DNA of 61,393 nt, counting the filler. It is 7 parts of 7 records of this genome, joined end to end, with 100 filler letters (N's around TTAATTAATTAA, not from the genome) between each part and the next. Parts side by side here need not be neighbours in the genome. Positions count along the whole stretch, not along the records: positions 1 to 15,322 come from SRR20825010_6718; positions 15,423 to 22,516 come from SRR20825010_6746; 5 more parts are not named here. One strand, written 5' to 3'. Below, one piece after another: positions 9,028 to 17,481 of this stretch; within the stretch, counting starts at the first letter, position 1; every line of letters begins with the position of its first letter. A model generated the notes under the pieces. The model was not told the DNA's origin and did no database searches. It saw nothing but the letters and a program-made list of their open reading frames with translations. The translations under genes were made by a program, and so were the position numbers.

Positions 9028-12000
9028 TCAGTGCTCACGCTCGAAGATCTCGCTGAGTGGCGCGTCATGTTCATCTCGAATCAGAGAACGACCATCCGCT
9101 ATTTTGGCGAACAGGTAATATAGGCCTGGGATCACCAGGACGCCGACGAGGGTGCCGAGCAACATGCCACCGACAGCAGTGGTTCCGATGGTGCGGTTTC
9201 CGATCGCACCAGGGCCAGTGGCGCGGACCAACGGAATCAGACCGGCGATGAACGCAAATGATGTCATCAGGATGGGTCGGAATCGAAGTTTGCCTCCCTC
9301 GATGCCCGCTTCCATGATGCTCAGTCCTTCCTGGCGACGTTGAACGGCGAATTCGATGATCAAAATGGCGTTCTTACCCAGCAAACCAACTAGCATCACC
9401 AAACCGATTTGACAGAAAACGTCGTTGGCCAAACCCATGGATTGTAGGAACGCGAATGATCCGAAGATGCCGACGGGTAGTGACGTCAACACGGCCAAAG
9501 GAATGATGAAGCTCTCATATTGGCCAACCAAGACCATGTAGACGAAGATCACCACGATCAAGAAGATGTAGACCGCGGTGTTTCCCGATTTGGCTTCGTC
9601 GTATGACAAACCCTGCCAGTCGATGTCGAAACCGTTTGGCAGCGTTTCCGCAGCGACCTGTTTGATAGCCGCGATCGCTTCGCCACTGCTGTAGCCCGCG
9701 GCTGGGGCTCCCTGAATGGGTGCGGTTGGATAGAGGTTGTATCGGCTGATCTCGTTCAGTCCCTGCTTCTTTTCGATTCGCATGAAAGCCGAGTACGGCA
9801 CCATTTCCCCGCCTTCGTTCTTGACGAAGATGTTGTCGAGGTCTTCTGGGTAGCGACGAAACTTCGGTTGGGCTTGGACATAGACTTTGTAGAATTGGCC
9901 GAATCGGACGAAGCCCTGCTCCCACGTGCTTCCAATGACAATCGACAAGTTGTCCATCGCGTCCTTGATCGAGACACCTTTTTGCATCGCAACGTCGTTG
10001 TCGATGATGACTTCGTACTGTGGGTAGTTAGCAGCGAAGAACGTGAACAAACCTTTCAGTTCAGGACGTTTGCCCAGTGCAGCCATGAACTCGTCGGTCA
10101 CCTGCCCGAGTTTTGCATAGTCGCCGCTGTTCGTTTTGTCGAGCAAGTTGACGGAGAAGCCGCCGGCGGCACCAAACCCTGGAACGGCCGGTGGTTCAAA
10201 GAACTCGAGTTTGACATTGGCGATGTCCGTCCCACGTTCTTCCAATTCTTCAATGAGCTCTCGCGAGGTCAGCTCGCGATCGGCCCACGGTTTGAGATTG
10301 ATGATGCATGTGCCCGCATTGGATCCGCGGCCCTCGGTGAGAACTTCGTAACCGGCGATTGACGAAACGGAGGTGACCTCGTCCATCTGTTTGCAGATTT
10401 GTTGCAGTTCATGGCATTTTGAATTGGTGTACTCAAGCGTCGATCCGGGTGGAGTTTGCACGATTCCATAGATCATGCCTTGGTCTTCCAGCGGGATGAA
10501 ACCAGTCGGCAGGACTTGGTTGACAACCAGAATTCCATATCCAAAAACGGCGATCACTGCGATCGTCACCACTCGGCGACTGATGATATGACGAAGGAAT
10601 CTTGCGTAGACGCCGGTCACCGATTCAACGCTGCGGTCAAACCCATGCAGGAACAATCCGATTGGACTTCGTTTTTTCGCGGTGCCATCAGTACCGGAGA
10701 ACGCGGCGCGGAATGAGAATGTGGCCAGCAAAGCGACCACACCAGCAATGATTTGAATTCGTGTGTTGGTCAGTTCCATCTGTTCAGAAATGACCTCGTG
10801 GACGAGTTCGATGTGCAGCAGCGAATAGACGCCGTAACCAACGGCAAACCCGAGAAGAAGACTCGCCAAAGCCCGCAAAACGAAAGCATATTTGCCTGCG
10901 ATCTTTTGCATTCCGCGGTTCAACAGACCGATAATCCCACGCGGTGTGTTGTCGTCGAGTGGTTTTAGAATCATCGCGCACAGCACCGGCGTCAGTGACA
11001 ATGCAACGACTCCCGAGATGACAATCGACATAGCCATGGTCAACGCGAACTGACGATAGAACACGCCGACCGGGCCGGTCATGAATGTGACGGGAATGAA
11101 AACCGCGGTCATTACCAAGGTGATAGCAATGATCGCGCCGCTGATCTCTTGCACCACTTCCCGGGTCGCTTGATAGGGGCCGAGATGCTTGGCGTGCATC
11201 TTCTCGTGAACCGCCTCCACCACCACGATGGCATCGTCCACGACGACCCCGATGGCGAGCACCAGTGCGAACAAGGTAATCAGGTTGATTGACATGCCGA
11301 ACATCAGCATGAAGAAGAATGTGCCGATCAACGACACCGGAACGGCGAGCGTAGGGATCAGCGTGCTGCGGAAGTCGCCCAGGAACAAGTAGACAACCAA
11401 CGAAACCAAAATGAAGGCTTCGAATAGTGTGTGCAGCACCTTCTCAATTGATGCGTCCAGGAAATTGGAGACGTCATAGGTGACGGCGTAATCCATCTCC
11501 GGTGGGAATTGTTTCTCCTTGATCTCTTCGACCTTTGCCTTGACCTTTTCAATCACTTCGGCGGCGTTGGATCCTGGCGTTTGCTTCAGGACGATTGCCG
11601 CGGCAGGCAGTCCGTCAATGTCAGAGTACAGGTCATAAAAAGACGAACCCAGCGAGATGGTGGCAACGTCCGCTAGACGTAAGATTTCGCCTTCGGGAGT
11701 CGCTCGCAAGATGATCTGATCGTATTCTTCCGGCGTGGTGTAGCGTCCAACCCAAGTCAGCACGTACTCGAGCGTTTGCGACGTCGTTCCGGTTGCCTGA
11801 CCGAGGCGTCCGGGGGTACCAATCATGCTTTGATCGGCCAGTGCTTCCATCACATCCTCTGCGTCGATGTGGTAGGCCCGCATGCGGTCCAGATCCAACT
11901 CCACTCGCATGGCGTACGAGCGGTTGCCCAGAATCGATGCGAAGCCCACACCGGGAATGCGTTTGATTTCGTTGAGGATGTTGACGGTGGAATAGTTGTA

Positions 12001-12462
12001 GAGGTAGTTCTGGTCGACGTTTTCGTCGGTGCTGAACACGTTCACATACATCAGCATGCTGCTCATTTTCTGCATCACGATGATGCCTTCGCGTTCAACG
12101 ATTGGCGGCAGGTTGTTCTTGACCATTTGAACGCGGTTGTTCACGTTCATCACGGCAACGTCCGGATCGGTTCCCGGTTCGAAGATGACCTGGATCGTTC
12201 CTTCGCCGGCGCTGGTCGCGTCACTGAGCATGTAACGCATGTTCGGAACACCATTGATGGCTTGTTCCAAGATCACCATCGTTGAGTCAATCAGAATCTT
12301 CGCACTTGCACCGGGATACGAGACCGAAACGCGAACGCTCGGTGGCGCGACGGATGGAAATTGCGAAATCGGCAACACGTTGATCGCGAGGCCGCCCATG
12401 AACAGGATCAGCAACGAGATGACGATGGCGAGCGCGGGCCGGTGAAGGAATTTTTCGAACAT
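9028..12462 (-). CDS. RND efflux permease, HAE1 (AcrB-like) family
   Basis: 1144 aa with LPISQFPSVAPP, GVVVDDAIVVVE, GKNAILIIEFA and RFRPILMTS proton-relay motifs. Confidence 0.95.
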   Translation of the reverse strand: MFEKFLHRPALAIVISLLILFMGGLAINVLPISQFPSVAPPSVRVSVSYPGASAKILIDSTMVILEQAINGVPNMRYMLSDATSAGEGTIQVIFEPGTDPDVAVMNVNNRVQMVKNNLPPIVEREGIIVMQKMSSMLMYVNVFSTDENVDQNYLYNYSTVNILNEIKRIPGVGFASILGNRSYAMRVELDLDRMRAYHIDAEDVMEALADQSMIGTPGRLGQATGTTSQTLEYVLTWVGRYTTPEEYDQIILRATPEGEILRLADVATISLGSSFYDLYSDIDGLPAAAIVLKQTPGSNAAEVIEKVKAKVEEIKEKQFPPEMDYAVTYDVSNFLDASIEKVLHTLFEAFILVSLVVYLFLGDFRSTLIPTLAVPVSLIGTFFFMLMFGMSINLITLFALVLAIGVVVDDAIVVVEAVHEKMHAKHLGPYQATREVVQEISGAIIAITLVMTAVFIPVTFMTGPVGVFYRQFALTMAMSIVISGVVALSLTPVLCAMILKPLDDNTPRGIIGLLNRGMQKIAGKYAFVLRALASLLLGFAVGYGVYSLLHIELVHEVISEQMELTNTRIQIIAGVVALLATFSFRAAFSGTDGTAKKRSPIGLFLHGFDRSVESVTGVYARFLRHIISRRVVTIAVIAVFGYGILVVNQVLPTGFIPLEDQGMIYGIVQTPPGSTLEYTNSKCHELQQICKQMDEVTSVSSIAGYEVLTEGRGSNAGTCIINLKPWADRELTSRELIEELEERGTDIANVKLEFFEPPAVPGFGAAGGFSVNLLDKTNSGDYAKLGQVTDEFMAALGKRPELKGLFTFFAANYPQYEVIIDNDVAMQKGVSIKDAMDNLSIVIGSTWEQGFVRFGQFYKVYVQAQPKFRRYPEDLDNIFVKNEGGEMVPYSAFMRIEKKQGLNEISRYNLYPTAPIQGAPAAGYSSGEAIAAIKQVAAETLPNGFDIDWQGLSYDEAKSGNTAVYIFLIVVIFVYMVLVGQYESFIIPLAVLTSLPVGIFGSFAFLQSMGLANDVFCQIGLVMLVGLLGKNAILIIEFAVQRRQEGLSIMEAGIEGGKLRFRPILMTSFAFIAGLIPLVRATGPGAIGNRTIGTTAVGGMLLGTLVGVLVIPGLYYLFAKIADGRSLIRDEHDAPLSEIFEREH

Positions 12463-12641
12463 GTTGCGAAACGAGTGAACGCGAGAGAATGGCTGGTTGA
12501 ACGAGTAGGTAACAGAAGCTCGCAGGGTGTGATTGAGGTGGGCACTTGCCGTTTGTTGTCGTCTCGGCGGAAGCCTCTGAAAGGTGCAACTGCGATCTCT
12601 ACCAAGTCAGGATCGACATGGTCGTCAGCATGGAGCGGCGA

Positions 12642-13907
12642 CTATTCAGCGTGATATTTCAGATTGCCGAGCACGGTATCTGGATCCCGATACTCGTACT
12701 CCACCTTCTCGCCGTCACGGACTTGAAGGATGCCCTCGAGCACGATCTTCTCGCCCGGTTGCAAACCTTCAGAGATAAGAAAGATGTCATCCTTTTCGTT
12801 TTGGATCACAATTTCCCGTTGGTGCACGATGTCGTCTACGTCGATGACAAAGGCGTACTTCTTGGCCAGAATTTCAAAGGTTGCTCGCTGAGGAATCACG
12901 ACCGCGTTTTTCGCCACTTGGTTGATTAACACCGTTCCCGTTTGGCCGTGCCGCAGCAGTCCGTTTGGGTTGGGGAAGTCGGCCCGGAATGCGATGTTGC
13001 CGGTCTCGCTATCAAAGTCCGCTTCGATCGCACCAATCTTGCCTGGTTGGTCAAAGATCTTGTGGTTGGCCAATCGCAGTTGCACATCCAACGCGTCCTG
13101 GTTTTGGCCCGCATTCATGGCTTCTTGGTATTCCAAGTAGCGGGATTCGGGGACGTTGAAGTAGACCCACATGACGCTGTTGTCGGACATGGTCGTCAAC
13201 ATCACGCCTTCTTCGACCAAGCTGCCTTCCTGTTCGTGTAAACGATCAACAATTCCGTCGAAAGGAGCTTTGATGTTGGCGAAGTTCATTTCGGCCTGTG
13301 CCAGTTTGACGTTCGCAACCGCTTTCGCGAGTTTAGCTTCTGCCAACTTGAGCTCTTGGGTGGAAACAATGTTTTGTTGAACCAAGCTCTTGGTATTGTC
13401 AAACTCCACTTGTGCGAGTTGAGCTTCCGCCATGTCGGCGTCCAGCTTGGCTTCGTAAATGGTCGGCAGGATGTGGAACATTGTCTGGCCCTTGGTAACG
13501 GCTTGGCCTTCATTGACATGGATGTCTTTGAGGTATCCACCCTCCAAAGCGCACACTTCGATGTGCCGCCGTGAATGAATTTGGCAGACGTATTGCCGCG
13601 TTAGCGTGACGTCTCGTGCAACAGGACTCGTCACCACAATTTTGTGCTGAGCGTGATGTTCGCCGGTTGCATGGTGAGCGTTCGTCACTTCCGGTTCGCT
13701 CGAGCCATGGTGAGACTCGTTGTGGTGCGAATTTGCTTGCCCGGTCGTTGTATGTTGTTTGCTATGGGACGACGGTTGCGAACCGCTGATGATTTGTGCC
13801 GGGCGTGATCCAGACATCGTGTCGCATCCGAGGAAGGCACATGGAATCACCACGAAAATCAGGATGGGGATCGATCGATTGAGCATGGAACGGATGATTG
13901 AAATCAT
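12642..13907 (-). CDS. RND membrane fusion (periplasmic adaptor) lipoprotein with His-rich N-terminus
   Basis: Lipobox FLGC, IKAPFDGIV, VMWVYFNVPE, GLLRHGQTG and GLQPGEKIV. Start placed at 13907 (or 13886) rather than the ORF-track 14228. Confidence 0.9.
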   Translation of the reverse strand: MISIIRSMLNRSIPILIFVVIPCAFLGCDTMSGSRPAQIISGSQPSSHSKQHTTTGQANSHHNESHHGSSEPEVTNAHHATGEHHAQHKIVVTSPVARDVTLTRQYVCQIHSRRHIEVCALEGGYLKDIHVNEGQAVTKGQTMFHILPTIYEAKLDADMAEAQLAQVEFDNTKSLVQQNIVSTQELKLAEAKLAKAVANVKLAQAEMNFANIKAPFDGIVDRLHEQEGSLVEEGVMLTTMSDNSVMWVYFNVPESRYLEYQEAMNAGQNQDALDVQLRLANHKIFDQPGKIGAIEADFDSETGNIAFRADFPNPNGLLRHGQTGTVLINQVAKNAVVIPQRATFEILAKKYAFVIDVDDIVHQREIVIQNEKDDIFLISEGLQPGEKIVLEGILQVRDGEKVEYEYRDPDTVLGNLKYHAE

Positions 13908-14205
13908 TTCAAGGAATTGATTGTGCAAGGACTGCGGTTCAAACGCATTTGGACTGGTCGGACGAACCAAAAGCACGAGCCGTGCCGAGGCTCGAAATGT
14001 CCGCGTCAGATTGACGCATTGCTTGCAAAACTGGCGGGTTTCGCGGGGGAAACGACACTTGCGTTTGGAAAAGCATTTCTGGGACGCCGCACGCGATCTG
14101 CAAATCGCATCACCCTCTCTGCAACAATCTGCAGGTTGCGTCGGTACGCTTGCGTATCGCTGATTCGCGAACAAATCCACGTCAGTGGCTCGGCGATCGA
14201 ACCAT

Positions 14206-14568
14206 TCAGCAAGCCTGGATCCAGGCACGGGCGACGTTCAATTCGTCAGGTTCGAAGTATTCAAGTCCAACGGTACGAAAGCGACGGCAGAACAAACTCA
14301 TGCCATGTTCCCAACGTCGATCGCCGACAATTGCGACTTGTTCGACTTCTTCATCGCCTTGCAGCCCCAGACCAGGGTTTGGATCGAAGGCTCGAAGATT
14401 CCACCCGCGAAAATCGCGGAGGTGGACCAAGATCCGAACACTTCCGAACCGAACGATTCGCTCTTTCACCGTTGGAAGCAAAGCGGAGCAATCCTGCTTC
14501 GAGAGCGTTCCGTTGATTTCGACTTCGATGACGTTGCTCTGCGAAGGAGCGATGTGGATATCAGCCAT
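14206..14568 (-). CDS. STAS/SEC14 (SpoIIAA-like) domain protein
   Basis: 120 aa: IEVEINGTLSKQD..VRILVHLRDFRGW..VAIVGDRRW..YFEPDELNVARAWI matches the SpoIIAA-like pattern. Confidence 0.8.
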   Translation of the reverse strand: MADIHIAPSQSNVIEVEINGTLSKQDCSALLPTVKERIVRFGSVRILVHLRDFRGWNLRAFDPNPGLGLQGDEEVEQVAIVGDRRWEHGMSLFCRRFRTVGLEYFEPDELNVARAWIQAC

Positions 14569-14570
14569 GA

Positions 14571-14816
14571 TTACTCGTTGGTCACGTTGGACGGTCGTGT
14601 GTGTTGTGCCCAAATTTGGTTCAGCATTCGAAACTCGTGCGGGGTGATGTCTCCGTGGTCGATGCTTTCCCAATTCGCATCGCTGCCGATGAACGCGAGG
14701 CACTCTGCCTTCAGACCCATCAACGAATCGAACCAGGACGGCTCGCACCAAACCGTTACGATCGCTTGTTCCGATTCGAACACCGAATCGTCGATTGAAA
14801 TCAGCTTGTATTTCAT
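14571..14816 (-). CDS. Hypothetical small protein
   Basis: 81-aa ORF (MKYKLISIDD...) packed 11 nt and 2 nt from its co-oriented neighbours. Confidence 0.55.
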   Translation of the reverse strand: MKYKLISIDDSVFESEQAIVTVWCEPSWFDSLMGLKAECLAFIGSDANWESIDHGDITPHEFRMLNQIWAQHTRPSNVTNE

Positions 14817-14827
14817 GGCCTGTGACC

Positions 14828-15322
14828 TCATCGTTGTTGCTTGTCGGACCACCGACGAACCGTGTCGATGATCACGTTGGCCGCTTCATCGAGCGATCCT
14901 TCGCCGACGTTGAGAACCAGGTCGTAGAGATGCGGATCGGTGTCGTCTTGTTGAAAGTGCTCTCGAATGTAGCTCTCTCGTTGCCGATCCTTCTCCAGGA
15001 TCCAGCGATGAGCTTCCTTCTTAGAGATGCCTTGCTGGTTCATCACTCGGTGCACTCGTACATCAAGAGAGGCGACCACACGCACCGCCAATCCGCGGTC
15101 TCGCGGAAGCACGTATTTGGCACCACGTCCCACGATGACAACGTTTCCGTGCGATGCGGCCAACAAGACGAGTTTGGCGACTCGGTGCGTGTAGGTGGAT
15201 TCCGAAAACCCGAGCCCACCAATTCGCGACGTTAGGATTTCGCTCAACCAGCTCTCGTGCTTTTCGTCGACTCGCTGAATGAGGCAGCGTGGCGTTCCAT
15301 AGTGCTGCTCCATGTATTCGAC
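14828..15322 (-). CDS. Cytidylate kinase-like family protein (5' truncated by contig end)
   Basis: NVVIVGRGAKYVL, RVVASLDVRVHRV and DPHLYDLVLN motifs of the Cytidylate_kin2 family. Confidence 0.85.
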   Translation of the reverse strand, partial: VEYMEQHYGTPRCLIQRVDEKHESWLSEILTSRIGGLGFSESTYTHRVAKLVLLAASHGNVVIVGRGAKYVLPRDRGLAVRVVASLDVRVHRVMNQQGISKKEAHRWILEKDRQRESYIREHFQQDDTDPHLYDLVLNVGEGSLDEAANVIIDTVRRWSDKQQR

Positions 15323-15422
15323 NNNNNNNNNNNNNNNNNNNNNNNNNNNNNNNNNNNNNNNNNNNNTTAATTAATTAANNNNNNNNNNNNNNNNNNNNNN
15401 NNNNNNNNNNNNNNNNNNNNNN
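15323..15422. other. Artificial contig junction (N spacer with TTAATTAATTAA all-frame stop linker)
   Basis: 100-nt N run with central ttaattaattaa. Composition and gene style change across it. Confidence 0.98.
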
Positions 15423-15642
15423 GGGGTTGGACACGATGAACTATGCCGAGGCGGCCGCGCGCCGTCTGGGATGGACATCAATGACGGCAGAGCAGTGGGG
15501 CGCACTGGAGGCAGAACGCGGACAGGATGCCCCAGAGGATCAGCCAGACCTGTTTGACGGGTCAGTGAAAATGGCCCCCGTCGAAGATGGCGGGCCGATT
15601 GCAACAGGGCGACAGCGCGGCGTGCGCGGTCGCGCGAGATAG
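15423..15642 (+). CDS. Terminase large subunit (lambda GpA-like), C-terminal fragment
   Basis: GLDTMNYAEAAARRLG resembles the GpA ALD..YA.AA motif and lies directly before gpW and portal. Confidence 0.7.
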
Positions 15643-15649
15643 GACAGCC

Positions 15650-15862
15650 ATGAGCGACATCGATTACGCAGCGCGGCTTGCCCTTGTGCAGGCGGCGATC
15701 ACTGCACTGCTGACCGGCAAGATGAAAAGTTACGAGATCGAGGGACAACAGGTCACCTATCTGGACCTGGCGGCACTGCAGGCAGAAGAGTCGCGGCTGA
15801 TCGCATTGTCGGCGCGTGCCTCTGGTCGGCGCGGCGCCTTTCGGCGCGGGGTGATGTCGTGA
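15650..15862 (+). CDS. Head-tail joining protein, gpW-like
   Basis: 70 aa; LALVQAAITALLTGKMKSYEIEGQQVTYLDLAALQ; lies between terminase and portal; AGGA SD. Confidence 0.8.
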   Translation: MSDIDYAARLALVQAAITALLTGKMKSYEIEGQQVTYLDLAALQAEESRLIALSARASGRRGAFRRGVMS

Positions 15863-17481
15863 GCCGGATCAAGCTGGCGCCGCCGACATTGCTGGATCGG
15901 GCCATCGGCTGGCTTGCGCCGGGTGCGGGGGTGCGACGGATACAGGCGCGCAGCGCGCTGGCCACCGTGTCAGGCTATGCGGGCGCTCGGCGGGATCGCA
16001 ACGTGACAAGCAACTGGCGCGGTACCGCAGCGTCGCCGGATGCGGACACGCTGCCTGATCTGGACGTTCTGCGTGGCCGGTCTCGTGATCTGGTACGAAA
16101 TGACCCGATCGCACAGAGCGCTGTTTCGACCAAGGTGGCCAACGTGATCGGGGCGGGCCATATGGTGCGGCCCGAAATCGACGCTGCCCGGTTGGGCCTG
16201 TCACAGGAAGATGCGCGCCGCTGGGAACAGGACGCGTTGGACATCTGGACCGATTGGTCGGGCAGTCGCGATTGTGACATTACGCGGTCCCAGACGTTCG
16301 GCGAATTGGAAGACCTGGTCTATCGGTCACGGCTGCTGTCCGGGGATGTGTTTCCGGTTCGGCGATTCAAGCGCCGTCCCGGCCGCCTGCTGGGCACCGC
16401 GTTGCAGATCGTCGAAGCGGACCGGGTCAGCAACCCGGAGTGGCGGACCGACAGCGACACGCTTGCGGGCGGGGTTTCCTTCGACAGTGATGGCGCGGCG
16501 GTGGCCTATCATGTGGCCAGCCGGTTTACATTGGACCGGGCGCTGAAAGGCGCGGTGACATGGCAGCGCATCCCGGCGTTCACGGCACGGGGTGAGTGGC
16601 AGGTTCTGCACGTCCACAACACGCGCTGGCGGCCTGACATGACGCGCTATGCGCCGATGCTGGCCCCGGTCATCACAGCCCTGAAACAGCGTTCGGAATA
16701 CACCGAGGCTGAATTGCAGGCGGCTGTGGTCAGTGCCTGTTTCGCTATCGGGATGCGGTCTGACACTGGCGACATGAGCGACGGACTGGGCGTGTCCGGG
16801 ACGCAGACAGCGGGCGATGACAAGAAGAAGGAAATCCGGCTGACGGACCCGGGTCTGGTTTTCGATCTGTTGCCGGGTGAAGAGGTGCAGAGCTTTGCCC
16901 CCGGTCGCCCGTCGCCGCAGTTCACGCCGTTCATCGAGGCGGTGGCGCAGGAGGTCGGCGCAGGCACCGATCTGCCCTATGAGCTGCTGCTGAAGAAGTT
17001 CCAGGCCAGCTATTCCGCCAGCCGCGCGGCACTGGAAATGGCGTGGCAGTTCTTTCGCGTGGACCGCGCGCAGCATGTCGCCCAGTTTTGCCGCCCGGTC
17101 TATGAGGCCGTGGTGTCCGAGGCGGTGGCGCGCGGGTTGCTGAACGCTCCGGGGTTCTTTGGCAACCCGCTGATGCGTCAGGCCTACCTGTCGGCAACAT
17201 GGATGGGGCCGTCTCGGATCACGCTGGACCCGGTTAAGGACGCCAAGGCCGACCGCGAATATCTGGAGATGGGTGTGACCTCGCTCACCGCGATCACCGC
17301 CGCGCGTTTTGGGCTGGATCACCGGGACGTGCGCCGCCGCCGTGGCGAGGATGGCAGTGATGCGGTCGGGGCGACCGCTGCCGCCGCGCAGGAGCCAGAG
17401 GACGGTGTGCCCGACGAAGGGTCTGACACCGATCAGGAAGACGAAACCGACACGAAAGTGGGAGCGCGACATGCAAGTTGA
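15859..17481 (+). CDS. Phage portal protein, lambda family
   Basis: LRGRSRDLVRNDPIA, LQIVEADRV, ASYSASRAALE and LDPVKDAKA motifs. Confidence 0.93.
   Translation: MSRIKLAPPTLLDRAIGWLAPGAGVRRIQARSALATVSGYAGARRDRNVTSNWRGTAASPDADTLPDLDVLRGRSRDLVRNDPIAQSAVSTKVANVIGAGHMVRPEIDAARLGLSQEDARRWEQDALDIWTDWSGSRDCDITRSQTFGELEDLVYRSRLLSGDVFPVRRFKRRPGRLLGTALQIVEADRVSNPEWRTDSDTLAGGVSFDSDGAAVAYHVASRFTLDRALKGAVTWQRIPAFTARGEWQVLHVHNTRWRPDMTRYAPMLAPVITALKQRSEYTEAELQAAVVSACFAIGMRSDTGDMSDGLGVSGTQTAGDDKKKEIRLTDPGLVFDLLPGEEVQSFAPGRPSPQFTPFIEAVAQEVGAGTDLPYELLLKKFQASYSASRAALEMAWQFFRVDRAQHVAQFCRPVYEAVVSEAVARGLLNAPGFFGNPLMRQAYLSATWMGPSRITLDPVKDAKADREYLEMGVTSLTAITAARFGLDHRDVRRRRGEDGSDAVGATAAAAQEPEDGVPDEGSDTDQEDETDTKVGARHAS

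Noticed and set aside
13908-14228. N-terminal 107 aa of the 528-aa MFP ORF
   Set aside because: It overlaps the STAS gene and precedes a clear lipoprotein signal, so the real start is probably 13907 or 13886
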